The notes: generated from the letters alone by a model not told the origin. A stretch of DNA of 64,000 nt from Eledone cirrhosa (GCA_964016885.1 OZ024752.1:8680001-8744000); one strand, 5' to 3'. Numbered from the stretch's first letter, positions 46,674-62,955 are shown. Translations and numbers: made by a program.

Positions 46674-48176
46674 TTAATTAGGTTTATAATATTTAAATGT
46701 TTTTTTTAGTTTATGATTACACGATATAATTAATTCCTGTCGTTTATTTAATAAGATATCCTTAGACTTCATTATTTCAAATAGTTCTTGGGAACATAAT
46801 CTACATTCCTTTCTATTATTTTGATAAGGGGTGGCTCTTTTGAGCACACTCCAGGTCAAATCATATTTTATATTCTTATTTTTATAACTATTGATTTTTT
46901 CTGCTAGAGATGTTGTATTAGCCAGTGCGGCATTTTTAAAACTATGTTTGTGGGTATTAAACCTTGTCTTAAAATTGTTAGAGGTAGCTCCTATATATGA
47001 GCAAATAGAATCTTTAGTTTTAACATTACATTTATAGACTATGTTGTTAACAAGACAATTCCCTTTTAATGGGCAGTTTGTTTTGTTTCTACAGTTACAT
47101 CCTTTCGTTAATTCTGTATTTGAGGAGATATTATTGTTAATTTGATGTACTGGTGGTATACTTATGGTTTTCTTACATTTATATGCATTATATGCACTTA
47201 TATTTTGTTTTATGTTATTTGTTGTAGAGTATGAGAATTTAACTGTAGACCTATTTAAGATTTGATGGTATTTGTGGTTTGGCGGGAAGTTTTTCTCAAG
47301 GATATAAAAAAATTTTTTAGCAATATTATCCTTAACTTGTAAATTAAAAGGAGCATTATACCAAGTAACTCGTCTATTACGGTTTCTATGTTGTTTATTA
47401 TTTTTATTATTTTTATAGGTTGTATCATGATTTTTACTAGGAGGATTAATGTTAATGATCTCACCACAACTATTTTTAGTTATATTTGTAGATTTAGGTG
47501 TTTTATCTTTTTTATTAGGAGTTTTATTATTAATATTTATTATAGTTGTATGATGAGTAGTTTTTTGAGGGTTACTATACTTTATATTAGAAGATTTAGT
47601 ATTTTGGGGTATATTGTGGGTGGCATTTAGGTGTGTACTTTTCATTTGGTGTTTGTTGGTAATATTATGCTGTATGCTTTCAGTATTTTTAGTAGAAGGT
47701 ATATACTCTAATCTATTTTTGTGGCCACTTCTATCTAGAGCTTCATTATAAAAGGTCGCATTTTTATCAAATACATCTTGGTTAGAAGAAAGGTTAGAAA
47801 TTCTAAGTGATATATTATATGCAAGGTTTTTAAGGATAGATTTAGGGTGATTAGACTGTGAGTGTATGTAATGTAAGTTTTGGTTAGGTTTATGGTAAGG
47901 TTGGTATATACCCGTAGCTAAATCTAAAGTTATATCTAGGAAATTTACTACTTTACTTGTTTTTTCAAAAGTAATATTAAGATTATAATAGTCTTTAAGG
48001 AAAGTTCTAATATGTTTTTTGTTTTTTTCGATTTCTGAAAGGCTAAGGTTGTTAGAAAGAAGAAGACAGTCATCACGATATAAACCACCTTTGAGGTGGG
48101 GAAAAGAGGCATTTATGTTGAAAAGGAGAAAGAGGCCCACAAGATCAGTAATTTGGGCGGAATCGCTTGAACCCAT
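46674..48176 (-). CDS. Mirror copy of the truncated PLE RT/GIY-YIG ORF
   Basis: Identical 500-aa translation on the minus strand, symmetric about 48182.5. Confidence 0.92.
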   Translation of the reverse strand: MGSSDSAQITDLVGLFLLFNINASFPHLKGGLYRDDCLLLSNNLSLSEIEKNKKHIRTFLKDYYNLNITFEKTSKVVNFLDITLDLATGIYQPYHKPNQNLHYIHSQSNHPKSILKNLAYNISLRISNLSSNQDVFDKNATFYNEALDRSGHKNRLEYIPSTKNTESIQHNITNKHQMKSTHLNATHNIPQNTKSSNIKYSNPQKTTHHTTIININNKTPNKKDKTPKSTNITKNSCGEIININPPSKNHDTTYKNNKNNKQHRNRNRRVTWYNAPFNLQVKDNIAKKFFYILEKNFPPNHKYHQILNRSTVKFSYSTTNNIKQNISAYNAYKCKKTISIPPVHQINNNISSNTELTKGCNCRNKTNCPLKGNCLVNNIVYKCNVKTKDSICSYIGATSNNFKTRFNTHKHSFKNAALANTTSLAEKINSYKNKNIKYDLTWSVLKRATPYQNNRKECRLCSQELFEIMKSKDILLNKRQELIISCNHKLKKTFKYYKPN

Positions 48177-48188
48177 AGTTATATTACT

Positions 48189-49691
48189 ATGGGTTCAAGC
48201 GATTCCGCCCAAATTACTGATCTTGTGGGCCTCTTTCTCCTTTTCAACATAAATGCCTCTTTTCCCCACCTCAAAGGTGGTTTATATCGTGATGACTGTC
48301 TTCTTCTTTCTAACAACCTTAGCCTTTCAGAAATCGAAAAAAACAAAAAACATATTAGAACTTTCCTTAAAGACTATTATAATCTTAATATTACTTTTGA
48401 AAAAACAAGTAAAGTAGTAAATTTCCTAGATATAACTTTAGATTTAGCTACGGGTATATACCAACCTTACCATAAACCTAACCAAAACTTACATTACATA
48501 CACTCACAGTCTAATCACCCTAAATCTATCCTTAAAAACCTTGCATATAATATATCACTTAGAATTTCTAACCTTTCTTCTAACCAAGATGTATTTGATA
48601 AAAATGCGACCTTTTATAATGAAGCTCTAGATAGAAGTGGCCACAAAAATAGATTAGAGTATATACCTTCTACTAAAAATACTGAAAGCATACAGCATAA
48701 TATTACCAACAAACACCAAATGAAAAGTACACACCTAAATGCCACCCACAATATACCCCAAAATACTAAATCTTCTAATATAAAGTATAGTAACCCTCAA
48801 AAAACTACTCATCATACAACTATAATAAATATTAATAATAAAACTCCTAATAAAAAAGATAAAACACCTAAATCTACAAATATAACTAAAAATAGTTGTG
48901 GTGAGATCATTAACATTAATCCTCCTAGTAAAAATCATGATACAACCTATAAAAATAATAAAAATAATAAACAACATAGAAACCGTAATAGACGAGTTAC
49001 TTGGTATAATGCTCCTTTTAATTTACAAGTTAAGGATAATATTGCTAAAAAATTTTTTTATATCCTTGAGAAAAACTTCCCGCCAAACCACAAATACCAT
49101 CAAATCTTAAATAGGTCTACAGTTAAATTCTCATACTCTACAACAAATAACATAAAACAAAATATAAGTGCATATAATGCATATAAATGTAAGAAAACCA
49201 TAAGTATACCACCAGTACATCAAATTAACAATAATATCTCCTCAAATACAGAATTAACGAAAGGATGTAACTGTAGAAACAAAACAAACTGCCCATTAAA
49301 AGGGAATTGTCTTGTTAACAACATAGTCTATAAATGTAATGTTAAAACTAAAGATTCTATTTGCTCATATATAGGAGCTACCTCTAACAATTTTAAGACA
49401 AGGTTTAATACCCACAAACATAGTTTTAAAAATGCCGCACTGGCTAATACAACATCTCTAGCAGAAAAAATCAATAGTTATAAAAATAAGAATATAAAAT
49501 ATGATTTGACCTGGAGTGTGCTCAAAAGAGCCACCCCTTATCAAAATAATAGAAAGGAATGTAGATTATGTTCCCAAGAACTATTTGAAATAATGAAGTC
49601 TAAGGATATCTTATTAAATAAACGACAGGAATTAATTATATCGTGTAATCATAAACTAAAAAAAACATTTAAATATTATAAACCTAATTAA
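48189..49691 (+). CDS. PLE ORF, 5'-truncated: C-terminal RT, thumb, Cys-rich linker, GIY-YIG endonuclease
   Basis: Starts at the internal RT 'MGS' motif. Contains YRDD, FLDITL, CNCRNKTNCPLKGNC (Neptune-type Zn finger), IVY...YIG...R...H and CxxCxxE...LN..E. Confidence 0.92.
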   Translation: MGSSDSAQITDLVGLFLLFNINASFPHLKGGLYRDDCLLLSNNLSLSEIEKNKKHIRTFLKDYYNLNITFEKTSKVVNFLDITLDLATGIYQPYHKPNQNLHYIHSQSNHPKSILKNLAYNISLRISNLSSNQDVFDKNATFYNEALDRSGHKNRLEYIPSTKNTESIQHNITNKHQMKSTHLNATHNIPQNTKSSNIKYSNPQKTTHHTTIININNKTPNKKDKTPKSTNITKNSCGEIININPPSKNHDTTYKNNKNNKQHRNRNRRVTWYNAPFNLQVKDNIAKKFFYILEKNFPPNHKYHQILNRSTVKFSYSTTNNIKQNISAYNAYKCKKTISIPPVHQINNNISSNTELTKGCNCRNKTNCPLKGNCLVNNIVYKCNVKTKDSICSYIGATSNNFKTRFNTHKHSFKNAALANTTSLAEKINSYKNKNIKYDLTWSVLKRATPYQNNRKECRLCSQELFEIMKSKDILLNKRQELIISCNHKLKKTFKYYKPN

Positions 49692-50232
49692 TAACATTAT
49701 TCTAGAAATTAATTTAATTTAAATGTTAGTTAACCTATAAATTTAATTTAATTAATATTTTATTACAGATGAGAAAATATTATGTAATCATAAATTGTGA
49801 AAAACCTTTAAATATTACTAATATATACTTAGTAATTTAATTTATAGATTAATTTTAATTTATTTAAACCTTTTATTATAATTCTTTTACAGATAAAATA
49901 TAACAAAATAATATCATGTATCCAATGACGGAGAAAGAATTTTTAGTATTATAGACCTAATTAATATACATTTTGGAAATATATTTATTATTTGGTTTTA
50001 GTTTTAATCAACCTAAAACTTTAATTTTAATTTGCTTAAAATTAGTATCCTTATACAGACGAATTGCAGAATGTCATGTAATCATAGAATGGGATGTGTT
50101 TTGGATATATACCTAGTTAATATATTCTGTGCAATTTTTTGAAAAAGATATGTATATGTATATGTATATGTATATGTGTGTGTTGTGTATGTGTATCTGT
50201 ATGTATGTATATGTGTGTATATATGTATATAT

Positions 50233-50266
<34 letters not shown>

Positions 50267-51418
50267 ATATGTATGTATATGTGTATGTGTATGTATATGT
50301 ATATGTAGGCGTATTAATTTTGATTTCTATTTGCATATAATTATATTATGCTATTGATGAAATACAATATCTGCTTTATGTATTGTATACCTAATTAACA
50401 TATACTAATTAACGTATACTATTGAAATAAATATATAATTTTTAATTTAGTTAACATATAATTTATATGCTACTACCGATGTAATACTTTATTTTATTTT
50501 TATTTGGGTTTCTTTTCCCTATTACTAAATTCATCTCCTAATATTGATACCATAACGTTATTAACTTTAATTTAGTTATAATGTAATTAATAATCTACTA
50601 CTGTTTGACTTCAAAATTCTGCTTCAAATATTATAAACCTAACTAATTTACACCTTAGAAATCAATATGTTGACTATCTTTGGTTTAGTTAACATATGAT
50701 TAATGGTATACTTATTTATTTTGAGATGCATAGATTTCGTATTTCCTAGCACTGAAAATATGTAAGAACATACATTGAATTAAGATACGGAAAATATTAT
50801 ATGTTTCTTGAAACATATATTTACTTTGATCCCCTTCTCCAAACCCCCCCTTTCCCCCATACTATTATCATCTGTATTTGTAAGCGTCTATGTATGAATA
50901 TATATGTAGGTAGGTGTCTATATAGGTTTGGGTATTTATATCTAAATATAAAAATACATATATGAGCATGCAAATATGAATGTAAGATTGTGTGTGTATA
51001 TATGATTGTACATACATATGTATGTATATATATGTATATATATGTATTATATATGTATGTGTATGTGAATGTGTTGTATGTATATGTGTATGTATGTGTA
51101 TATATGTGTATGTATGTATATGCTTGTATATATAGGAATATATATATATGTGTATATATGTATGTATATGTATATGCGTGTATGTATGTATGTGTATGTG
51201 TGTTGTGTATATATATGTATGTCTCTCTATTTATATGTTTATCTTCGTATCTATGTGATATATGTGTGTGTGTGTGCACGTATGCATATGTATGTGTTTG
51301 TGTGTGTTTGTATGTGTGTGTGTATATATGTGTATGTGCGCACACTCACATACACATATATATATATATATATGTGAGTGTGTATGTGTGTCTGTGTGTG
51401 TGTGTGTATGTGTATGTG

Positions 51419-51456
<38 letters not shown>

Positions 51457-51835
51457 GATATATATATATATATATATATATATAGGTGTCTATGTGTGAA
51501 TATATGTCTTTATTCGTATGTGTGTATTTATGTATGTATATATTTATGTGTATGTATGTATGTGTATGTATGTATGTATATATATATATATATATATGTA
51601 TATGTATATATATATATGTATATTATTCTTTATTATTATTGTAATATAACTTATGTGTATATGTGTATAAGTGAGGTTGTGTATGTATATATAATATGTG
51701 TATATATAAGAGTAATGAAATATATATATATATATATATATGTGTATACGTGTGTGTATATAGATATATATATATATATATACATGTGGGTGTTTGTATG
51801 TGTATTTATGGTGGTATGAGTGTGTGGATATATAT

Positions 51836-51874
<39 letters not shown>

Positions 51875-51878
51875 TCTA

Positions 51879-51939
<61 letters not shown>

Positions 51940-52259
51940 ATATATGTGTGTGTGTATGTATATATATATGTGTATGTATGTGTGTATATATATATATCTC
52001 TATTAATGCGTGTGTGTATGTATATACATATGCCTTTTTATTATTATTTTCATTTGTATGTCTGAGTTTGGTGAGGTTGTATTATTTTTTATGTATATAC
52101 ACATATATGGAAGCGTATGTATTTATTTATATGAGTATAAGTAGGTGCATATGTATGTATGATTATATATCTAATTCTATGTATGAAGGTACATCTATAT
52201 ATATATATATATACGTGTGTATGTAAGTTGTGTGTGTATGTATCTTTATGTCTATGTGA

Positions 52260-52307
<48 letters not shown>

Positions 52308-52396
52308 CGATGTGCGTATATGTATGTACATGTATGTACATGTATGTGTGTATGTATGTGTATGTATATTTAGATGTATGTGTATGTATATGTATA

Positions 52397-52451
<55 letters not shown>

Positions 52452-53270
52452 ATATATATATATATGGATATATATCTTTATTATCTATTTTTTATATATA
52501 TGTGTATGTGTGTATGTGTTGCGCGTGTGTGTTGTGTATATATATATCTTTTTATATGTGTATGTGTATGTTCGTGTAAGTGTATGTGTGTGTATGACTG
52601 TATATGTATGTGTGTATGTGTGTATGCGTAAATATCTCTATGTGCGCGTACATGTATGTATGTGTATATATATCTGTATGTGTATGTACATTATATTATA
52701 TTTATTGTATTTTATTGTTTTTATTTTTTTATTTTTCTTAATTTATAGATACATTTATATTAGGCAGTCTGCTCAGACAATTGAATACTGACCCCTCCCC
52801 CCCTCCCACCTAATTTCTGTATCTTGATCTTGAAATGTGTGTGCCAGTGTTTTATGTGAGTGACTTAATTTCTATGTGCTTATGATTTTATATCCACATA
52901 TATAAATGTGAGTGGGGGAGTGTGTGTGTTTGTATGTTCGTGGTTATGTGTATATTTATGCATATACGCGCATGTATGTGTGATTATACTGATATGTGTG
53001 AGTATGAAAAAATATATTTATATGCTTGACTCCATAAGTATCAATGCGCATCTTATCAGCGCATTAAGCTTACAGAGATATTAACCTTGAAATTTTGTGT
53101 TTGCATCCATCTTTTTAGTATGCGCATACAAATTATACACACATTATTGTAAAATATGTGTAAGGATTTTACATGTATATACACACACCGAACTGCTTTT
53201 AACCCTTTGTGTTTTCATTGGTCAATTTTGAACTGATATTTTGAATTGTTGTTATTATCAATAAATATAC

Positions 53271-53425
53271 TTCATTATTTCTGAAGACGGCGTATATATG
53301 TGTTAGGTATGTATATTTAATCTTGATAATTTGTATAATTTTGTATAATTTTGTACATAGATCTGTTGAATATGCATACCAATTATAACACATATATACC
53401 CTAGAAACGATCGTTAAATAATGAA
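53271..53425 (+). ncRNA. Type I hammerhead ribozyme in the PLE 3' pLTR region (long stem II)
   Basis: Stem I TTCATTATTT/AAATAATGAA, core CTGAAGA, ~115-nt stem II region (GTATATATGTGTTA/TAACACATATATAC), GAAA, palindromic CGATCG, then TT. Confidence 0.8.
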
Positions 53426-53610
53426 CTTTTTTTGTTTAATATAAGGAATTGTTTATTCATTATTTGTTTAATATTTTATCTTGACTCTGTATACCGTTTA
53501 TCTTTCACCGAAAGTGGATTTTCATTACATCTCTTCTTTCCATGATATCCGGAATACATTGAGTTCTTCATACGGATTGGACACTACCGTAAACTCTTGG
53601 TAGATTTATC

Positions 53611-53701
<91 letters not shown>

Positions 53702-53767
53702 GTATATATATATATATACATGTATATATATATATATATACATGTATATATATATATATATATATAC

Positions 53768-53827
<60 letters not shown>

Positions 53828-53829
53828 CA

Positions 53830-55670
<1,841 letters not shown>

Positions 55671-56547
55671 GTATATATATATATATATACATGTATATCT
55701 TAGGATAAATTCCTTCAAGAAATCTCGGGTAAACCTCCTACACCCTGTTTACATCTGTAAACAATAACTCTCTACTTGAGTGGGCCATTGTGCCCAAATC
55801 CTGATTTGAAAGACTTAGCAAGGGTGTGCTATTAAGTTAGACATGGCCTGGGCCAAAACTGGCCAGAACCTATCAAAGTTATCAAAGTTAAGTTAAGTTA
55901 TATATATACATGTATATGTGTGTATATATGTGTATATATGTATGAATATATATATATGTATATATATATATATGTTATGTATATATATATGTATATGCAT
56001 ATATATATGTATATATATGTATATGTATATATATATGTATGTATATATACTTCTATGTATTTATATATATATGTATATATACATGTATATATGTATGTAT
56101 ATATAATTGTATGTATGTATATATATATATATGTATATATACATGTATATACATGTATAAATATATACATGTATATATATATATATGTATGCATATATAT
56201 GTATATATATGTATGTATATATATATGTATATATATGTATGTATATATATATATATGTATATATATGTATATATATGTATATTTATATATGCATGTATAT
56301 ATATATATGTATGTTTATATATATGTATGTATATATATATGTATGTATATATATATATATGTATATATATACATATGTACATATTTATATCTATCTATCT
56401 ATATATATATATATGTATATATGTGTATATGTATGTATATATGTATATATATATGTGTATGTATGTATATATATATGTATATATATATATGTACGTATGT
56501 ATATATATGTATGTATGTATATATGTATGTATGTTTATATATATATG

Positions 56548-56578
<31 letters not shown>

Positions 56579-56794
56579 GTATATATATGTATATATATAT
56601 ATGTATATATAAATATGTATATATATATATCTATGTATATATATATATGTATATATATATGTATATATATATATGTATATATATGTATATGTTTATATAT
56701 ATGTATATATATATATATATATGTATGTATATATATATGTATATATATGTATATATATATATATATATTTTGAGTATATGTTGGTTTTTTACCG

Positions 56795-56846
<52 letters not shown>

Positions 56847-56979
56847 TAAATGGGCGATAATAAATATTACCTAATTACAAGTATGAAAATAACTCAATCT
56901 AAAATACCAAGTATACTATAAAGCCGAAAATAAATACAATATTGTATGTATATAGATATGATGTATATATATATTTATA

Positions 56980-57011
<32 letters not shown>

Positions 57012-57109
57012 GTATATATATCTATATCTATATATGTATATGTATTTATATATGTATATATATATATGTATATATATTTATGTATGTATATGTATATATA
57101 TATGCATGC

Positions 57110-57154
<45 letters not shown>

Positions 57155-57218
57155 AACAAGTAGGACCCCGACGGCTGAGCTCAAGCCGTTTCGACGGATA
57201 ATTCTAAAGATATATAGG

Positions 57219-57249
<31 letters not shown>

Positions 57250-57283
57250 ACAAATGTTTTACCAATAGAGAGAGAGATAGATA

Positions 57284-57327
<44 letters not shown>

Positions 57328-57345
57328 TAGAGAGAGAGAGAGATA

Positions 57346-57409
<64 letters not shown>

Positions 57410-58245
57410 TACATAGATATATTTCTTTATTAGCCACAGGGGCACAAAAGAAGGGGACAAATACAAAGGGGGAAGTTTACATACAATAAAAACGTGTAAA
57501 ATGTTATCACAGATGGAATTTAAAAGTTAGTCGATTTTCCCCAATAGAGGGAGACAGTTTATATGGGTAACACATACCCCCGAAAAAATGTGCAACCCTC
57601 ATCTCCAGGAGTACGAAGAGCTTGTACTCCTTTCCTCTCCTCCTCCTTTTCCTCAATCTACAGGCTGATATAGAGAGAAGGCCCATTCACTCGGGCCATT
57701 CTCGCCACTTTCACCCACCTTTCATAAAACTTGCTGCGGTACAGCACCTCTCTCTCCATCCTGATTCTTCTTCCAAAGTGGTATTTGAAAAAAAGAATCA
57801 GTTGAGATAGATACATACATAGATACATAGATAGATATATTTCTTTATTAGCCACAGGGGCACAAAAGAAGGGGACAAATACAAAGGGGGAAGTTTACAT
57901 ACAATAAAAACGTGTAAAATGTTATCACAGATGGAATTTAAAAGTTAGTCGATTTTCCCCAATAGAGGGAGACAGTTTATATGGGTAACACATACCCCCG
58001 AAAAAATGTGCAACCCTCATCTCCAGGAGTACGAAGAGCTTGTACTCCTTTCCTCTCCTCCTCCTTTTCCTCAATCTACAGGCTGATATAGAGAGAAGGC
58101 CCATTCACTCGGGCCATTCTCGCCACTTTCACCCACCTTTCATAAAACTTGCTGCGGTACAGCACCTCTCTCTCCATCCTGATTCTTCTTCCAAAGTGGT
58201 ATTTGAAAAAAAGAATCAGTTGAGATAGATACATACATAGATACA
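57410..58245 (-). repeat. Two tandem 418-bp copies of a probable L1/Tx1-type LINE 3' end in GA/GATA microsatellite
   Basis: Identical ORFs at 57622 and 58040. Minus peptide FFKYHF..RIRMEREVL...FYERW, with AATAAAG at the 3' end. Confidence 0.6.
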
Positions 58246-58426
58246 TAGATAGATAGATAGAGAGATAGAGAGAGAGAGAGTCAGTTTCAAATATAGTTAC
58301 AAAACTCAAGTTCAGTTATACTTTTGTTCCAAGCGGGTTGGTATATCACCTGTAGCTTCAATAATGATGGGTTTGAAGCCGAAAGTGTATCTTGGATACT
58401 GGATCTGCAAACTCCTCATACATCAT

Positions 58427-58560
58427 CTATGTATGTATGTATGCATGTATGTATGTATGTATGTATGTATGTATGCATGTATGTATGTATGTATGTATGC
58501 ATGTATGTATGTATGTATGTATGTATGTATGTATGTATGTATGTATGTATGTATGTATGC

Positions 58561-58591
<31 letters not shown>

Positions 58592-59737
58592 TGTATGTAT
58601 GTATTATGTTCCTCTGATTTTATAATTTCACATATTTTTGCTGTTCCATTAATGGATTGTACTTGTAATTTCCTAACTAGTTGTGTTCTCTTTGTTCCTG
58701 TTAAGCCGAGCTTCTCAAGATTTGTATGTATGTATGTATGTATGTATGTATGTATGTATGTATGTATGTATGTATGTATGTATGTATGTATGCATGTATG
58801 CATGTATGTATGTATGTATGTATGTATGTATGTATGCATGTATGTATGTATGCATGTATGTATGTATGTATGCATGTATGTATGTATGTATGTATGTATG
58901 CATGTATGCATGTATGTATGTATGTATGCATGTATGCATGTATGTATGCATGTATGTATGTATGTATGCATGTATGCATGTATGTATGCATGTATGTATG
59001 TATGTATGTATGTATGTATGTATGTATGCATGTATGTATGTATGTATGCATGTATGTATGCATGCATGTATGTATGTATGTATGTATGTATGTATGCATG
59101 TATGTATGTATGCATGTATGTATGTATGTATGTATGTATGTATGTATGCATGCATGTATGTATGTATGTATGTATGTATGTATGTATGTATGCATGTATG
59201 CATGTATGTATGTATGTATGTATGTATGTATGTATGCATGTATGCATGTATGTATGTATGTATGCATGTATGCATGTATGTATGTATGTATGTATGTATG
59301 TATGTATGCATGTATGTATGTATGTATGTATGTATGCATGTATGTATGTTTGTATGTATGCATGTATGTATGTATGTATGTATGTATGCATGCATGTATG
59401 TATGTATGTATGTATGTATGTATGTATGTATGTATGTATGTATGCATGTATGTATGTATGTATGTATGTATGTATGTATGCATGTATGCATGTATGTATG
59501 TATGTATGTATGTATGTATGTATGCATGTATGTATGTATGTATGTATGCATATATGCATGTATGTATGTATGTATGCATGTATGTATGTATGTATGTATG
59601 TATGTATGTATGTATGTATGTATGTATGCATGTATGTATGTATGTATGTATGCATGTATGTATGTATGTATGTATGTATGCATGTATGTATGTATGTATG
59701 TATGTATGTATGTATGTATGTATGTATGTATGTATGC

Positions 59738-59768
<31 letters not shown>

Positions 59769-61077
59769 TGCATGCATGTATGTATGTATGTATGTATGTA
59801 TGTATGTATGTATGCATGTATGTATGTATGTATGTATGTATGCATGTATGTATGTATGTATGTATGTATGCATGTATGTATGTATGTATGTATGTATGCA
59901 TGTATGTATGTATGTATGCATGTATGCATGTATGTATGTATGTATGTATGTATGTATGTATGCATGTATGCATGCATGTATGCATGTATGTATGTATGTA
60001 TGTATGTATGTATGTATGCATGTATGCATGTATGTATGTATGTATGTATGTATGCATGTATGTATGTATGTATGTATGTATGCATGTATGCATGTATGTA
60101 TGTATGTATGCATGTATGCATGTATGTATGTATGTATGTATGTATGTATGTATGTATGTATGTATGCATGTATGTATGTATGTATGTATGTATGTATGTA
60201 TGCATGTATGTATGTATGTATGTATGTATGTATGCATGTATGTATGTATGTATGTATGTATGTATGTATGTATGTATGTATGTATGTATGTATGCATGTA
60301 TGCATGCATGTATGCATGTATGCATGTATGTATGTATGTATGTATGTATGCATGTATGTATGTATGTATGTATGTATGCATGTATGTATGTATGTATGTA
60401 TGTATGTATGCATGTATGTATATATGTATGTATGTATGCATGTATGTATGTATGTATGTATGTATGTATGTATGCATGCATGCATGTATGCATGTATGTA
60501 TGTATGTATGCATGTATGTATGTATGTATGTATGTATGTATGCATGTATGTATGTATGTATGTATGTATGTATGTATGTATGTATGCATGTATGTATGTA
60601 TGTATGTATGTATGTATGTATGTATGTATGTATGCATGTATGTATGTATGTATGTATGCATGTATGTATGTATGTATGCATGTATGCATGTATGTATGTA
60701 TGTATGCATGTATGTATGTATGTATGTATGTATGTATGTATGTATGTATGCATGTATGCATGCATGTATGCATGTATGCATGTATGTATGTATGTATGTA
60801 TGCATGTATGTATGTATGTATGCATGTATGTATGTATGCATGTATGTATGTATGTATGTATGCATGTATGCATGTATGCATGTATGCATGTATGCATGTA
60901 TGTATGTATGTATGTATGTATGCATGTATGTATGTATGTATGTATGTATGCATGTATGCATGTATGCATGTATGTATGTATGCATGTATGCATGTATGTA
61001 TGTATGCATGTATGTATGAATGTATGTATGTATGCATGTATGTATGTATGTATGTATGTATGTATGTATGTATGTAT
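58427..61077. repeat. (TATG)n/(CATG) tetranucleotide array, ~2.6 kb
   Basis: Direct reading. Source of the spurious 700-900 aa ORFs. Confidence 0.95.
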
Positions 61078-61524
61078 AAATAAGAGTCTCCTGCAGTTTT
61101 CTTCTATGAAATTCCCCTCACAAGTCTTTGTTCAACTCTAAGCTCTAGTAAAAGTCCCTTGACCTCGATGCCGTGTATTGGGATTGATCCTAGATTCATG
61201 TGGTTGTAAAGTGAACTCCTTAACCCTTTTGGCAGGTCTCGCCTATCAATGAGGAAGATTTTGCAAGATTGCTGAATCCGCAAATCATGTTGAGATCCAA
61301 CTTATAGATATTTTACACTACTTCTGACTATTTTCCCTTTGAGCACAGCGTGGGTGAATATTGCCCGTACCGTCTACACTCCCTCTACAGAAGCTGCGGC
61401 TCGTTTCCTTCGCCTCCCTAGAAATTACTACGTAATATAATACATACATACACACATACGTACCTACATACATACATATATATATACGTACGTACATACA
61501 TACATACATACATACATACATACA

Positions 61525-61558
<34 letters not shown>

Positions 61559-61576
61559 CGTACGTACATACATACA

Positions 61577-61610
<34 letters not shown>

Positions 61611-61856
61611 CGTACGTACATACATATATACACACATACGTACCTACATACATATATACGTACGTACATACATACATACATACATACATACATACATACA
61701 TACATACATACATACGTACCTACATACATATATACGTACGTACATACATATATACACACATACGTACCTACATACATATATACGTACGTACATACATATA
61801 TACACACATACGTACCTACATACATACATATATACATACATACATACATACATACA

Positions 61857-61890
<34 letters not shown>

Positions 61891-61988
61891 CGTACGTACA
61901 TACATATATACACACATACGTACATACATACATACCTACATGCATACGTACGTACATACATATATACACACATACGTACCTACATACA

Positions 61989-62598
61989 TGGTGGCTGCCA
62001 ACTCGTTTTCGAGTACGGCCACTACTTTATATCCATGTAGGAGAACCCCTACCGATGCGCTGAACAAGTGTGACTTTTCACTCCAGCCAGCGACTTCAAA
62101 ACTCTGCTACAAACACTAGACCTGTGACAATTATTGACACATAGTGCTGGACCCATGGTACCATGTGACGACAAGTGCAGAGAGATCTCCAGATATAAAG
62201 CAATGCCTGTGCCGTGAAGCTTTTATAGTGAGCAAAGGCACTGCACAAAGCCAGTCCCACTCTCTTAACCAAGATGATAATTACCAAAAAGAAGAACAAG
62301 TCAACATCATTGGATACCATCAGGGTTGCAGGTGTTATACCAGAGTTTTCCTTCTCCTAGAATTCTGCCTTGACAAAGGCTAAGGGGTCATCTCTCCCGG
62401 TGATTTTGAATGGCCATTGACACTTAAGAGCTCCTTTGCCCTTTGACAGGTATTGTTTTTAGTCCTGCAGGATGTTCAAAGTCACCCTCCTCACCAAGAA
62501 ACCTTGGTGGGGTTGCCAGTTTAGTCGCCAACGACCCGACCATGAGACAGGTTGTACTGGAATACATGTTACCAGTAGCACCAACTGGTGACCTGACA
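61989..62598 (-). mobile_element. ~610-bp non-coding dispersed repeat (other copies 36086-36645 and 1797-2170)
   Basis: Three near-identical copies. The copies at 1797 and 61989 share the same end (TGGTGGCTGCCAACTCG...). All lie within TA/TACA microsatellites. Confidence 0.75.
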
Positions 62599-62955
62599 TA
62601 CCTACGTACCGACATACATATATACGTACGTACATATATACACACATACGTACATACATACATACATACGTACCTACATACGTACATATATACGTACGTA
62701 CATACATATATACACACATACGTACATACATACATACGTACCTACATATATACGTACATACATATATACACACGTACATACATACGTACATACGTACATA
62801 CATATATACACACATACGTACCTACATACATACGTACGTACATACGTACATACATATATACATATATACATATATACATACATATATACATACATACGTA
62901 CATACATATATACATATATACATACATATATACATACATATATACATATATACAT

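Larger units (their letters stand above)
42808..53613. mobile_element. Palindromic (head-to-head inverted) 5'-truncated Penelope-like retroelement, Neptune type
   Basis: Arms ~42808-48179 and ~48186-53478 are reverse complements around a 6-nt spacer (axis 48182/48183). The right arm continues ~135 nt unpaired to 53613. Both ends lie in (TA)n. Confidence 0.92.

Noticed and set aside
46674-49691. Two complete divergent genes, or a bacterial retron/group II intron RT
   Set aside because: The ORF starts at the internal RT MGS motif at the palindrome axis. The GIY-YIG and Cys linker identify a truncated PLE.
58364-61141. Very long ORFs (764-925 aa) on both strands
   Set aside because: Translations of the (TATG)n array, which lacks stop codons; not genes.
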